Positions 13,300 to 25,231 of a DNA stretch of 64,000 nucleotides are shown piece after piece (position 1 is the stretch's first letter; every line of letters starts with the position of its first letter). The translations under genes were made by a program, and so were the position numbers. Below the pieces are notes generated by a model. The model was given only the letters and a program-made list of their open reading frames with translations, was not told the origin of the DNA and did not search any database. Source of the stretch: Felis catus (lineage: Eukaryota); NCBI RefSeq assembly GCF_018350175.1, contig NC_058368.1:51647815-51711814 (forward strand). The letters run 5' to 3'.

Positions 13300-14972
13300 A
13301 GTTGAGGAGTGTGAGGAATTCAAGGTCTGTGGAGCATAGCAGTGGACAGTTTAGCAGAAGAAAATGACAAACTCAAAGTCCTTAGCTCTCAGCTCAAGGC
13401 ACCAACTGCAAACCAGTCACTTTCTAAGATAGAAATGTATAATTTCTTTCAGCCACAAGGCTGAGACGATTGGAACCTATATGCAAAGATTTATCCTTCA
13501 GGTTGTTCATACTAGTTTATAGCTTTCCTTAGTCTCTTATATAGAAATTTACGTTTTAATTGATAGGATACTAAGTAGAGGTCTTAACATGGGGTGGAGA
13601 TGTGTGAGAGGCATTGAGTTGCTCAGTGTTCAGACCATCAAACTCCACTGCACTGTGCCCTATGCCCTACTCCCAGAGTAAGCGTGCCCCTGGTCCTATT
13701 ACAAAGTCAACCCAATGGAATCGCAATATTTTATTAACATATTTGCAAAACTCTGGGTGATACAATGAGAGAATGAATTCTGAGGATTGTTGAACAAGGA
13801 TGGAAGAATGTGATTTAGATCAAGAAGATCATGCCAGTACCTATATATGTACTTACATGCAATTCTGTATTCAACTGGAGGTGATTTTAATTATTTCTTA
13901 TAGTCTACTGATGAACTTGTACTCAACAGTGGCCCAGACATTTCTCATATAAGATAGAGGAAGAAATTAAAAGACTTAGAGATGTAGGGAACCAAGAGGG
14001 AATTTTTTGTGTTTAATCCATTCTCTTAGCTCTTGACTGTGGCCCCAAGGCCTCCCTGAGCCATGCATTGAGAAATTCATTGGTGAGGTGAATGCCTGTA
14101 AGAAATTCCTGAATGAATTTTTAGGAAATGCCTGTAGAGTCTCTTCTTTGTGGACCTAGAATCCAGTGAGAGGAGACACAGTTGAAGTGAACTCTCTGAT
14201 TTACTGTGGTACTAGAATCCCAGAGTGGCAGAAGCCACCCAGCAGGACATTAACATTGGAGACAATTAGGGTCTGGGTGGGTGGTGGGGAGGAAGAGGTG
14301 AGTGGTGGGCAATCAAATGGTCTGACCCCTAGAGATTTTTGGTATTTGCTGATCAGTCATGAGTACTCTAGTACGGTCATGAGTACCTGTACTCTAGTAC
14401 AGCCCACCAAGAAAACATTTGATTTGTAAAACAATACCAACATCAACCAAACCCTCAAACTCTAGGTATGTCAATCAAAGACCTAATTTGAACCACCACT
14501 GAAGAAAGTCTTGGCCTTTTGCCCAATTTCCAAACTTAAATTTTAAACATGAAAAGGAAGGTTAGGTACTCTTGAAAAAGAATTCTGTGATAGATATCAC
14601 CAGTGTGCATTTCTTCTAGCCTTCTGCCAACAGACCTTCAGCTGTGGAGATGGCCCTGCATTAGGGGAGGGAAATGCTTGGATCTTTCAGGTATAACACA
14701 ACAGTTGCTCTGAGCTAACACCATTTCCTGAGGATCCAGAACACCACTGCGACCAGTCAGTCAGAGTGAGGGCCTATGAGCATCAGGTAATAAGTTAAAA
14801 AATTTGAATGCAATTTACCTTGAAGGAATGCAGTCTCATCTCATTAATTTACTCAGTTCCTGATTTTATGATTGGAATTAAAACTTCCAGCAACCACAAA
14901 ATTCCTTTGTTGACTTTCTGACACATGGAGTAAAGGTAATTATGATAAGAATTGCCTAGTAGAAGCCTCTAG
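13300..14972 (+). mobile_element. Degenerate ERVL-type internal region (gag and protease relic)
   Basis: Manual translation gives EENDKLKVLSSQLKA (~13357), NGLTPRDFWYLLISH (ORF 14166-14429), SELTPFPEDPEHHCDQSVRVRAYEHQVI (14709) and LTHGVKVIMIRIA**KPL (~14918). These are colinear with ERVL gag-pro motifs as I recall them (ENDELR..NSQLK, GLTRRDLW.WLI.HG, DTGSELTLIPGDPK.HCGPPV.VGAYGGQVI, LT.GVRAIMVGKAKWKPL). Many stops and frameshifts. Confidence 0.85.
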
Positions 14973-14994
14973 GCGTCCTAGTGGTTTTTAAAAT

Positions 14995-15195
14995 ATCATT
15001 CATTCATTCATTCATTCACTTATTCAGACAACTTTTATAAATTGCCTACTACATGTCAGAACCTATGCATGGTAATTTGTTAATAAACAAAACAAAAATT
15101 TCTGCCTTAGTGGGGTAAAAATCTTAGAGGAAGAAGACAAATGAATAAGTGAAGTATATGGTATGCCAGGTAGTGGTTAGTGCCACAGAGAAACT
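14995..15195 (-). mobile_element. L2 3' end with (TCAT)n tail
   Basis: CATTCATTCATT...TGCCTACTACATGTCAGAAC...AAACAAAACAAAAATTTCTGCCTT resembles an antisense L2 terminus. Confidence 0.65.
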
Positions 15196-16656
15196 AAATT
15201 AGGGATAGAGTGAGGTAGAGGATTGCCTCTTTCTCAGAGCCAACTGGAATTACAAGGGGATGGGGGCCGATGTGAGGGTCCTGGGTTTCTTGTGGTGGCC
15301 AGTGTAAACAGTTTGAAGGAATAATGAAGTAACATATGACACCAAATGGATAAAATAAGAAACAAAAAACCAATTTCATGGTAGAAGGAATAAAAAGTCA
15401 CCAGCAGGGGCTGAAAAGGTACAGGGGTGTTCATTCCCTATCTGATCTCCATTTAATGTGCCTGTGTGGCAGGTGCAGGAAGAGGAGGATGGATGCTGGG
15501 GAAAGAAGTGTTTGTGTTTTAATATTAGAATTTAAGCTGAGCGTGCAACAGAGAATCCATCTCATTGGGGGTGATCAATAGATACCACGTTATAGCTTTG
15601 AGTCCTCATTCTGATACTGTGAACCTTAGCACTGACGATTCTGGCATTAATTCTAAAGCGTTTAGCAGCTCAGCTCGTCTCCATGGAGTGGTGCTAGAGA
15701 GTCAAGGACTATACAGAGTTAGAATATTATCAGCCCTAACGAAGCTTGATTGATTGTTATATTGTTTGTTTCATAAATGGCTTCTCTTTCCACTCAGTTT
15801 TATCATCATTAATCAGTGGAATAGCCTGCTGGATGTTGGTGTCTAAACTGAAATTAAAATCTGTTTGTTCAGAATGGTTTCGTGGAAGCTTAGTATAACA
15901 AAAGAAGAATGATTTATGCAAAGGTTTATCTTTCAACCCACTTGTTTTCAGAATCCACCCATTTGATTATATAAAGTGAATTAGCTTTTGTCCTTGAGCT
16001 GAGTATCTTTGGATTTGATGCCAAGCATTAAACTGCAAAGGGAAGATCTCCTCCTATCAAATGTTGTTCTTTGCTAACAATGTTAAGAAAAATGATGTCA
16101 GTTCACTGCTCCTCAAAATATGGCTTGGTTGACCTGACTTATCCACATTAATTAAAAAAAATTTCTCTAGAAAGGTTTTTCTTCTGTCATAAAACACACG
16201 TATTTATTGACGAAAATCTGGAAAATTCAGAAAAGTGGAAAGGAAAAGTATTAGCTTTCTGAGTTGTCTGCCAGTTTGCTTATGCTATGTAAACACTGTA
16301 TATACTAATGCTCCTCTGTAATTTTATGAATATTCATTTATCCATACAACCCTTCAGACTGTTTTCTTTTGTACTTGGAAAAGGTTAGCAAATATCAGAA
16401 GAGACTATAGCAATTATATGGCAGTTACTCTCAGATAATATATTTATGAATTGCTTTCTTTTCTTTTTCTGTTGCTGGTGTTTTTAGTTTGCATTTTTTT
16501 TTTTTTTTTTTAGCATCATGGTTCCTTGAATCCAGCCCATGTGGCACTTCCAGGTGAGACAGGACTGGGATGCTATTTGGACTATGTGCAGACACAGCAT
16601 TGTCAGCATTCTAGGGCAAAATCAATCTGCTCAAATAACTGAAAGTTTATATTTTA

Positions 16657-16880
16657 TTTTTTTAAAAATTTTTTTCAACGTTTTTTATTTATTTTTGGGA
16701 CAGAGAGAAACAGAGCATGAACAGGGGAGGGGCAGAGAGAGAGGGAGACACAGCATCGGAAACAGGCTCCAGGCTCCGAGCCATCAGCCCAGAGCCTGAC
16801 GCAGGGCTCGAACTCACGGACCGCGAGATCGTGACCTGGCTGAAGTCGGACGCTTAACCGACTGCGCCACCCAGGCGCCC
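16657..16880 (-). mobile_element. Young felid SINE (SINEC_Fc type)
   Basis: Full-length with CpGs retained. Perfect 17-bp TSD TGAAAGTTTATATTTTA at 16640-16656 and 16881-16897. Confidence 0.97.
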
Positions 16881-17177
16881 TGAAAGTTTATATTTTAACT
16901 GATATGTTTGCAATCACAAAAACCTTATGACACAACATGATTAGATAGTCTGGTGGGGGTGCAGAAAGCAGGGAGACATGAGCAAAGAATTTTTGGTTTC
17001 ATAAGACATAAATATAAATGATTCATCTAAAAAAACTTGTATGGGACTTTGAATTTTATAGATATGATCTCATGTTCGAACAGAGAGATAACAGGAACAT
17101 TTGGTTATTCAGTCTATATGTATTTATTGAGTGCCTGCTGTGTACTAGCACAAAGGACTTCAAGAAAGGTACCGTGT

Positions 17178-17388
17178 GGGCGCCTGGGTGGCTCCATTGG
17201 TTAAGTCTCCGACTTTGGCTCAGGTCATGATCTCATGGTTCATGGGTTCAAGCCCTGCGTTGGGCTCTGTGCTGACAGCTTAGAGCCTGGATCCTGCTTC
17301 AGCTTCTGTCTCCCGCTCTCTGCCCCTCCCCTGCTTGTCCTCTGTCTCTCTCTCTCTTTCTCAAAAATAAATAAACATTAAAAAAAAG
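17178..17388 (+). mobile_element. CanSINE
   Basis: GGGCGCCTGGGTGGCTC head, (CT)n, AATAAATAAACATTAAAA tail. Diverged TSD AGAAAGGTACCGTGT / AGAAAGGCACAGCGT. Confidence 0.95.
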
Positions 17389-18369
17389 AGAAAGGCACAG
17401 CGTGGCTGGAAAAAAATGAGCAAGGAGGCATTTGCTTTCAGGATGCTCGATTATCTGATTAAATGTCATAAATGATAATTCAGTAATGCACCTATTATGA
17501 TCATAAAATTTTGTTTTTGTTTTAAGTGTTTTAACTAAGGCATCAGCCAAAAATATACCAGATTGTTATAAGACCAGAGAATTTAATCACCTTGGACTGG
17601 TTCTTGTATAATTATTCAACACCTGACTTCATTTAAATTTTCTGCTTTATCTTTTTCTTTCCTTTACATTCCAAAAGCGTGTGCTCATATGCCACGCTTA
17701 CACACACACACATACACACAGATCTTACTATCCAACTCCCACAGTGCCTTTTCCTCTTCTTTGCTGAAGCAAGAAGTATTCTACCCACCTTGGTTCAAGC
17801 GTGTATTCAACAAACATATCCCTGTTTGTGCCTTATTTCTTCAGGAAAGTTTTCATGATTCATTACCAACAGCTTTGAGTTTATTCACCTTATTTTAACT
17901 CCAATCTACATCATACTCTCATTGTTCTATTAAAATTATAAATATTTCTCTTGTGTGTGCATATCTCTACCTTCTCTTCCATATCAGATCGTAAATCTGT
18001 AAGAGAGCCAATCGTTACCTCAAACAAGAAATATACAATGATATCACTTCTACTGCCTTTGAGCACTGTATTTACGAAGTCCTAAAAGGAGTCATATTAT
18101 TTTACTTAGGGATCTCTCATTTACAAGGAACAGATGCACTAAGGTGTCCTATGTAAGCACATAATCAGGGATTTCATGAGAATCTGAGAAGGGGAGCTAA
18201 AGCACATAGCTGGGAACTGGATGCCTCTTGGGTATCGCGCACTGTCTCTCTGTCTGTTACTGAGTCTTTCTCTCTTGTGACTTGTTGTTTCTCTTGCCAT
18301 GTATGTTGTTGCTTGTTGTCTTCTCTTGTCTGTGCACTAAGCTGCCTTTATGTGACATCAAATTTGGCA

Positions 18370-18820
18370 GCAAAGCCACATGGCCTGGATTTCCATCTTG
18401 CTCTCCCACTTATAGCTTGTGGTGAGTTTCTTAACTCCTTTGTGCTTCATTTTTTTTTTTAATTTTTTTTTTCTCAACGTTTATTTATTTTTGGGACAGA
18501 GAGAGACAGAGCATGAACGGGGGAAGGGCAGAGAGAGAGGGAGACACAGAATCGGAAACAGGCTCCAGGCTCCGAGCCATCAGCCCAGAGCCCGACGCAG
18601 GGCTCGAACTCATGGACCGCGAGATCGTGACCTGGCTGAAGTCGGACGCTTAACCGACTGCGCCACCCAGGCGCCCCAATTCCTTTGTGCTTCAGTATTC
18701 TCGTCAGTAAAAGGGTGGTGGTGGTGGCGAGTTGTTAATACCCGTAATTACTTTGTAGGGTAAATGCATTAAGAAAGTGAAACACATAGTAAGTACCATA
18801 TAAATGGTGGCTCTTATTAT
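18370..18820 (+). mobile_element. MIR relic interrupted by the SINE at 18450-18677
   Basis: CCTGGATTTCCATCTTGCTCTCCCACTTATAGCTTGTG...CTTAAC..CTTTGTGCTTCAGT..TCTCGTCAGTAAAAGGG...ACATAGTAAGTAC is colinear with MIR. Confidence 0.65.
18450..18677 (-). mobile_element. Young felid SINE (SINEC_Fc type)
   Basis: Full-length and CpG-rich. 17-bp TSD AA(C/T)TCCTTTGTGCTTCA at 18433-18449 and 18678-18694. Confidence 0.97.
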
Positions 18821-20919
18821 TTATACATTTTATTTTTATTTCCTTGTAACTTCAGTTGATTGTGCGCCATCATCGTTGTTGTGATATGTCCTACAAGATA
18901 GGTTGGTGCTCTTCTTAACCCAGTCCCATACTCCCAAGAAAGCAATCTCTTTGGCTCAGTTCATCTTTTTAGACTGGGCCCCATTGGTATTGGTTCCTGG
19001 CAGGCCAGTGGGCAGGCTGTAAGTGCCTTGCTTTGGTCCAATCTTATACATAGGGGTTGAGGGTGGAATTTCTTGCATTCTTATGGCTGCTATCTCTCAC
19101 CAGGCTAGTCAATTTCCCAGCTTCTAGTGGAAGAGAGGGTAGGCAACAGATACCATGAAATATGTACTGGCCAAAGATGCAAGTGAATATGTTTTTGCAA
19201 ATATTGATTGGATTTTTAACGAGTTTTTAAAAATTGTATTGTAATTTTCATTGATTTTATAACATCAAAGATATAATTCATAGATTCTTACTATTACTAA
19301 GATGAACCCTTTAAATCTGGCAAATACATGACAGTGTTATGGAAGGAGTACAGAGCTTGAAGTCTGGATCTGGAGGAGTTCTGGTTTCTGCCCTTACCCA
19401 CTGGTTAATCCTGTGCAGTGCATGGTATCTCTCTGAGCATCGGTTTCTTCATCTGCAATTAGGGACACAAAATCCATTTCACAGAATGTGAAATATCAGT
19501 TATTATTATAAATATACTACTTTATAGGGAGTAGTTTCCCTGGATAGTGCCTTTACTGAAAAACTCAGCATCAGATTCAGAAATAAAAGAGTACATGATG
19601 ATCACAATAGATAAAAAAAAAAGTCTTTTTAATATCTGTATTTGCCAGATTCAAAAGGCCAGCAGCATAGAGAAAAAAAATCAATGACAGAATGAAGATA
19701 ACAATGAAGCATAAGTGATATTGAAGAAGAACAGCTCAATAGTAAGCTGGAAATAATAAAATTCCAGCAGTTTCCTCAGATCAAGGACTTAAGTCTTATA
19801 AAAGAGTAAAGAGAACCATTTGGAAGATTTGACTATTGTGCTCAGGTATATTAGGGCTCACTCTTACTAACCTCATTTTAAAAATTGCAAAATTAACCTA
19901 ATTTCTAATGTTCATATTATTAGTAGCTCAAGCATAGTTATACATAGGATTCTGATGGATGACCAGCTTATACCAACTGGTTGAGTGTCTAAAGTGTGAT
20001 TTGAGGAATACACAAGGCTCTCTTCCCAAAGTACTCTCCCAATAGATTGCTGATTCTTCTTGAGAAGACACGACTCACTTTGAGCCAGACTGCCTGCGCT
20101 TGGATTCTACCTCCAAAATTTACTAGCTTAGTGATTCACACTCTCATCTTTAAAATGGGATAATAAAGGTACCTCATAGTCGCATACTCCATAGGGTCGA
20201 ATGAGCTATATTTAAAGACTGTACAAGTGTCAACTCCTATTATGTTAATGAGACAAGAGGAAAAGTCCGGAGAAAGGAATCCTGTCTTAATGAGAGATGT
20301 GTGTGTGTAAGTGTGTGTATAGGGAGTGGCCAAAGAATATCACAAAGAATAGTAGGGGTAAAAACAGAGTGAGTGCTAGAAAATAATATGAAGAGCCCAC
20401 CCAGAAGGGCAGTGGGCATCAATTATTAGTTTCCCTTTTTTCATAGCTTTGCAGAGAATCACCTAGCCAACTACTGATAAAAGCACCTTTACTACTCTGG
20501 CTTCCAGAGAAAGATTAGTATACATCTTCTCTCTCACCATATAGCCCATTAACCCTTTTGTTTGTCAGTGGGAGAGTTTTCTGGTTCCCTATTCAGTTAT
20601 TTTTTTCCCTCCAGTTCCATTTATTTAAAAAAAACTTTTTTTTTTGTACTAAGCAATAGGAGTACAAAGTTTGTTCAAGGTAAATCTTATATCTATGTAA
20701 GAAAGTTTGGTGACTGTGAAGATTTCTCAAGAAATTTTGATGGCAGTAAACATGTTTATTCTGGGAATGTTAATATCACTGCTCTATTGGTTGTTGCATT
20801 AAGTGGCATGTTAAATGATCTGAGAACTGATAATCTTCATTCTTACCACTTTGGATGTTGATAGCCAATACGAACACTTAGCCTTGATGTGACTTTTGCA
20901 AAGATGATGGTTCTGTGAA

Positions 20920-21360
20920 TTATTTAGAATTGCATTTGTTTGTGACTTTTGATAAAACTCAGTGACAACACTTGAATCAACAACATTCATTTCTCTCCCA
21001 TTAATGCCTGGATACAGGCATTCCGTGGCTCTAATGGCAGACAGTTCTGCTTCTTGAAGTGCTCAAAGACCCTGTCTTGGTGCTCTTCCATCCCATGGCC
21101 TCCATTTCTAAAGTCAAGCCAGCATATCTCTATCCAGACATTGGGAATGAAGGAAGGAAGAAGGGCTTGTTCCCACCATTTCAGGACCCTTCCTCGTGTT
21201 TTAGACAACACTCTACTCACATTCTGTTGGCCAGAACTTAGTCACAGGGTTGTGCCTAGCTGTAAAGGAAACTGAGAGCTGTACTCTTTATTTTGTACAG
21301 CCATGTGCTTGGGAAGAAGGGAGACTAGCTGTCTTGCAACAAATAGCAGCCTTTGCCATC
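20920..21360 (-). mobile_element. MaLR LTR (MLT1J/K-like)
   Basis: CTCACATTCTGTTGGCCAGAACTTAGTCACAGGG...CCTAGCTGTAAAGGAAACTGAGAG is a hallmark MLT1 segment. Confidence 0.65.
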
Positions 21361-22519
21361 CTGGGTCCGGGTAACTATTAATCAACCTGTAAAATGAGAT
21401 ACAATGCAAAATGCAATGGAATATTCATCTAGGTATTTCAAAGCCATCTCTGATAGCTCAGTTTCTTAAAATATAGTACTTAATTATCACAAAGGAGCTC
21501 ACTTATTTCCAGGAGTGAATTAGAAGTTCAGTAAAAGACGATGTAATTTTAGTGATCTGCTTGGCTTCCTAAACCCATATTTATTAACTTCCCATAGCAG
21601 ATTCCCACAGGGTCAAGTGCATGCTTGGTTGGAAGAGTAATTCCATTCTGACCTGGAAGAAATTTTTAAAATTTACATTTATGGCTTGAAGAGTCACATC
21701 CCATGGATTTCCCTCTCAGACACTTTACTTGTTTCTAAACTTTTTTTTTTTTTAATAAAATAAGTCCTTGCATTGAACTTCATTAATAGGTCCTCCAGGA
21801 CCAAGGTTCTTTTCATTCCTCCAAAGGGCAAGTGCTAATGCTTTCTCTGAGGTCCTGCATCATCTGCCTCTGATGTCAACCACATCCAACTTTACACTCT
21901 GTAGAGTCCCCTGTTGCCTTGTCCCTGATGCTGAGACGCCCATTTGCTACCTACTGCTGAGCCATTATGCCACTCTGGGATTCTGGGCACTGCCTGGAGC
22001 TTTCTGGAGTGCTCATTCCACTAAGGTGTTTTTATTCTCTGGGTTTCTGCTTCCCTATCCAGTCAATTCCAGAATACTATCACCTCATATGCCTGATGAT
22101 CAGATGAGAAGTTTGGATTAGCATGATGTTACAAAAGAAAACACAACAAAAACCTGTTTAGTTATATACTTATCACTGTAGAGACACAGTCCAGGGTGGA
22201 ATAGTTGGCAGAGGGAGGACCCTGCTAATGGTAGCTGCAGTTACAAATTAAACTTGAAGCTGATAGATGCACAGTGCAGAAGGATTCCTCACAGGAACAA
22301 ACCAAAGAACCCCTGGAGAACAAACATTCAATCTGTCAAAGTTTATCATCATGTAAACCAAAATCAGGCACACTGAGATTGTTGGTAATCCCTCGGCAAA
22401 CCATTATGCCTTCTTGGTTTGAAAATGACCTGTAAAAAGGATCCTCGAACTTGATCTTTGCAAATATTCAAAAGAAAATGTACTCCTATCTTTCAGAAAA
22501 GGAACTATCAGGGTGGTGG

Positions 22520-22750
22520 ATAAGAGATTGGGCTTTGGATTCTGGCAGATCTCAGGAAACCCGAACTTCCTCTTGTCAGCTCTGTAACCTTGGGGAAACT
22601 GCACCATCTACTTAAACCTCAGTTTGCTCATCTTTAAAATGGGTATAATAACCGTACTTATAAGAATATTGTAAAGAGAAAGGAAATAATTTATTTAAAT
22701 ACTTAGTATACTATCTACACATTGTGTGCCCTTCATAAGTACCATTGTAA
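22520..22750 (+). mobile_element. MIR SINE relic
   Basis: GGGCTTTGGA...TGTAACCTTGGG...AAACCTCAGTTTGCTCATCTTTAAAATGGGTATAATAA matches the MIR core. Confidence 0.75.
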
Positions 22751-22899
22751 AAAGCAAGAAAGATACTAATGTAATGTAACTTCCTTGCTATCTTTTAAAA
22801 TGAGCAGGTGGGGAATCACGCACAAACTAAACAAAAACAACAACAACATAGTATGATCCTCCATAGTACTTTAAATGACATGGAAAACTCACGATTCTT

Positions 22900-23494
22900 T
22901 TTCTCCCCCAGTTTCATTGAGATGTAAATGACATATAGTACAGTATAGATTTAAGGTATAGAGCATAATAACTTGACCTATAAATACCACAATAAATTTA
23001 GTTAACATCCATCATCTTAAATACAAAAAAGGAAAAAGAATAAAATGTCTGTGATGAGAACAGTTACAACAGTTCTTGTGATGAGAAAGTTAAAAACTTT
23101 CTTTTTTTAATTAAAAAAATTATTTATTTATTTATTTATTTGACAGAGAGAGAGAAAGTGTGTAAGCAGGGGCGAGAGGCAGAGGGAGAAGAGAAAGAGA
23201 ATCTTAAGCAGGCCCTGTGCTGAGTATGGAGCTCGGTCCCATGACCCTGGGATCATGACCTGAGCTGAAATCAAGAGTCAGACACTCAGTCGACTGAGGC
23301 CCCCATGCATTCTGGTATCTAATTTCTTAACTTTTATATATATCACACCGCAGTGTAAACTATAGTCATCATGGAGTTCATTATATCTCTCGTACTTATT
23401 TCTTCTATAACTAGAAGTTTGTCCATTTTGACCACCTTCCTCCAATCCCCATTATCCCCACCCTTTGCTTCTGGTAATTGTAAATCTGATCTCT
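22900..23494 (-). mobile_element. Older L1 3' end (L1MA-like), interrupted by a SINE
   Basis: CAGTTTCATTGAGATGTAAATGACATA...ACCACAATAAATTTAGTTAACATCCATCATCT...ATAACTAGAAGTTTGTCC. 19-bp TSD with 2 mismatches, TGGAAAA(C/A)TCA(C/T)GATTCTT, at 22881-22899 and 23495-23513. Confidence 0.8.
23102..23310 (-). mobile_element. CanSINE (older) nested in L1
   Basis: (TTTA)n tail, GAGAGAATCTTAAGCAGG...GGATCATGACCTGAGCTGAAATCAAGAGTC. Confidence 0.9.
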
Positions 23495-23859
23495 TGGAAA
23501 AATCATGATTCTTAGCATGTTCCACCATTATGCTGTACTAAACTCCATTAATGTGATGTTTATATTCTAGTTTTATGAGTGATGAGAAGTTCAGGGAAAA
23601 CAACAGCTTTAATAAGGAAACCAAAAGGGAGGTGTCCTAGAATCTTTGCATAATTATGACTCCACCTAAACCCCACTTCTAATCTCCTAAATCTCACTAT
23701 AAGTCTGTCGTGATTGCTATGATTTCTGGTACAACTAGCTATTACCGCACCTGTTTCAAGCTGGTAGAACCTGAAAAGGTCTTGCTTCATTTGACAAAGC
23801 AGAGAGATGCAGTTCTCACCTCATAAATCAAACAGGTATCAGGAAAAACTTCTCCACTT

Positions 23860-24000
23860 ACAGAGCTGTCTGTGGATCAGTAGATCAGCATCACCTGGGA
23901 GCCTGTTAGAAATTCAGAATCTCAGGCCCCACCTTGAATCAGCTAACTCAGAATCTGCTTTATGACAAGATGCCCAGAGAAGCATTCAGGTGAAGAATAT
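23860..24000. mobile_element. MER5A-like hAT MITE
   Basis: CAGCATCACCTGGGAGCCTGTTAGAAATTCAGAATCTCAGGCCCCACC...CAGAATCTGC matches the MER5A core. Confidence 0.8.
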
Positions 24001-25184
24001 TTTGCATCCTGTATTTCATTTAAAATTTAGCAATAGTTATTATACTGGAGTGATAGATTTGTTAATAATTTCATGTTCCTTAACTCTGTCTTCTCTTCCA
24101 TCCATCTTTGTTCTTGGCATGAAAAAGGAACATGGGCCATCACTATTTAAATTACTGTATCCTGTATTTTGTTCCTCACTTTGGTTTAAATGTTCTTGAG
24201 CTAGAAGAGTGGTAAAGCTCACCAGTTTTTATTTCAGAGAGACAGAGATTGTTCCATCTCTACCAGTTACCTAGAGTAAGTCAGTTTTCTCATCTATAAA
24301 ATGGATATAATAGTAATGGTTCTTTTCCCACATATTTTTTTAGTGGCTCCCATAGCTTATAGGGTCAAATAAGAGGCTCTGTATGATCAGCCCATTTTCT
24401 TGGGAACTCTGATTAGTTAGCTGAGACTAGACTGTAAGTGAGTCAAAATATTTAGAATTTATGCAATTCGAACTCTCCCGTTGATTTTGTTTAGTTGTTA
24501 GTGGTGATTTCTGTTTTCAAGATGAGGACACATTTTTATTTCCCATTGCTCAAGGCTTACTTAAATGCACCCAAATAAGACTGAATGCCCTATCTGTGCT
24601 CAGCACTATCCAGTGATGTGGACGTAATACTGAGCAAGGTAGAAAAGCTGCTTCTCTCGTGGGGCTTACGTTCTAGTAATAACTGTACAAACTGTAATAT
24701 GTTTACCATGCCTTATTACAATATCTACTTTCCCTTTTTGTTTCAGACAAATTTGTTTTAGGGCAAGGCTTGCTGCATTTCTCTATTATTTGAGTATCAC
24801 AAACACAAAACCTAAAGGTGAAAGACAAAAAAAAAATGCTGCCATTATTATCATCATCATCCCTACTATAATTATTTTAATTCTAATAACCTATAGTTTT
24901 AGAACTTAGAAATAAGTAAAAGACAGGTGTAATGCTACTTTTTCAGACTCATTATAACTATATGAAAAATTTAGAGCCACCAAACAGCATTTAAGTTTTA
25001 ACCCCCCAGATTTTAGGGACCAAGAAGAGGCTAAGGACTAAATTTATTCTCATTCACCCTTGCAAATGAAGACCAAATGTATTCCAGAACTCAAAATACA
25101 TGTATTTTGATTTTACAAAGATAATTCAAATAAATAAAATTGGCATTTATCACTTTGCTAGTCTAACAACGACTGGCTCTCAAT

Positions 25185-25186
<2 letters not shown>

Positions 25187-25228
<42 letters not shown>
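25187..25228. repeat. (AC)n microsatellite, about 21 units
   Basis: Directly visible. Confidence 0.95.
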
Positions 25229-25231
<3 letters not shown>

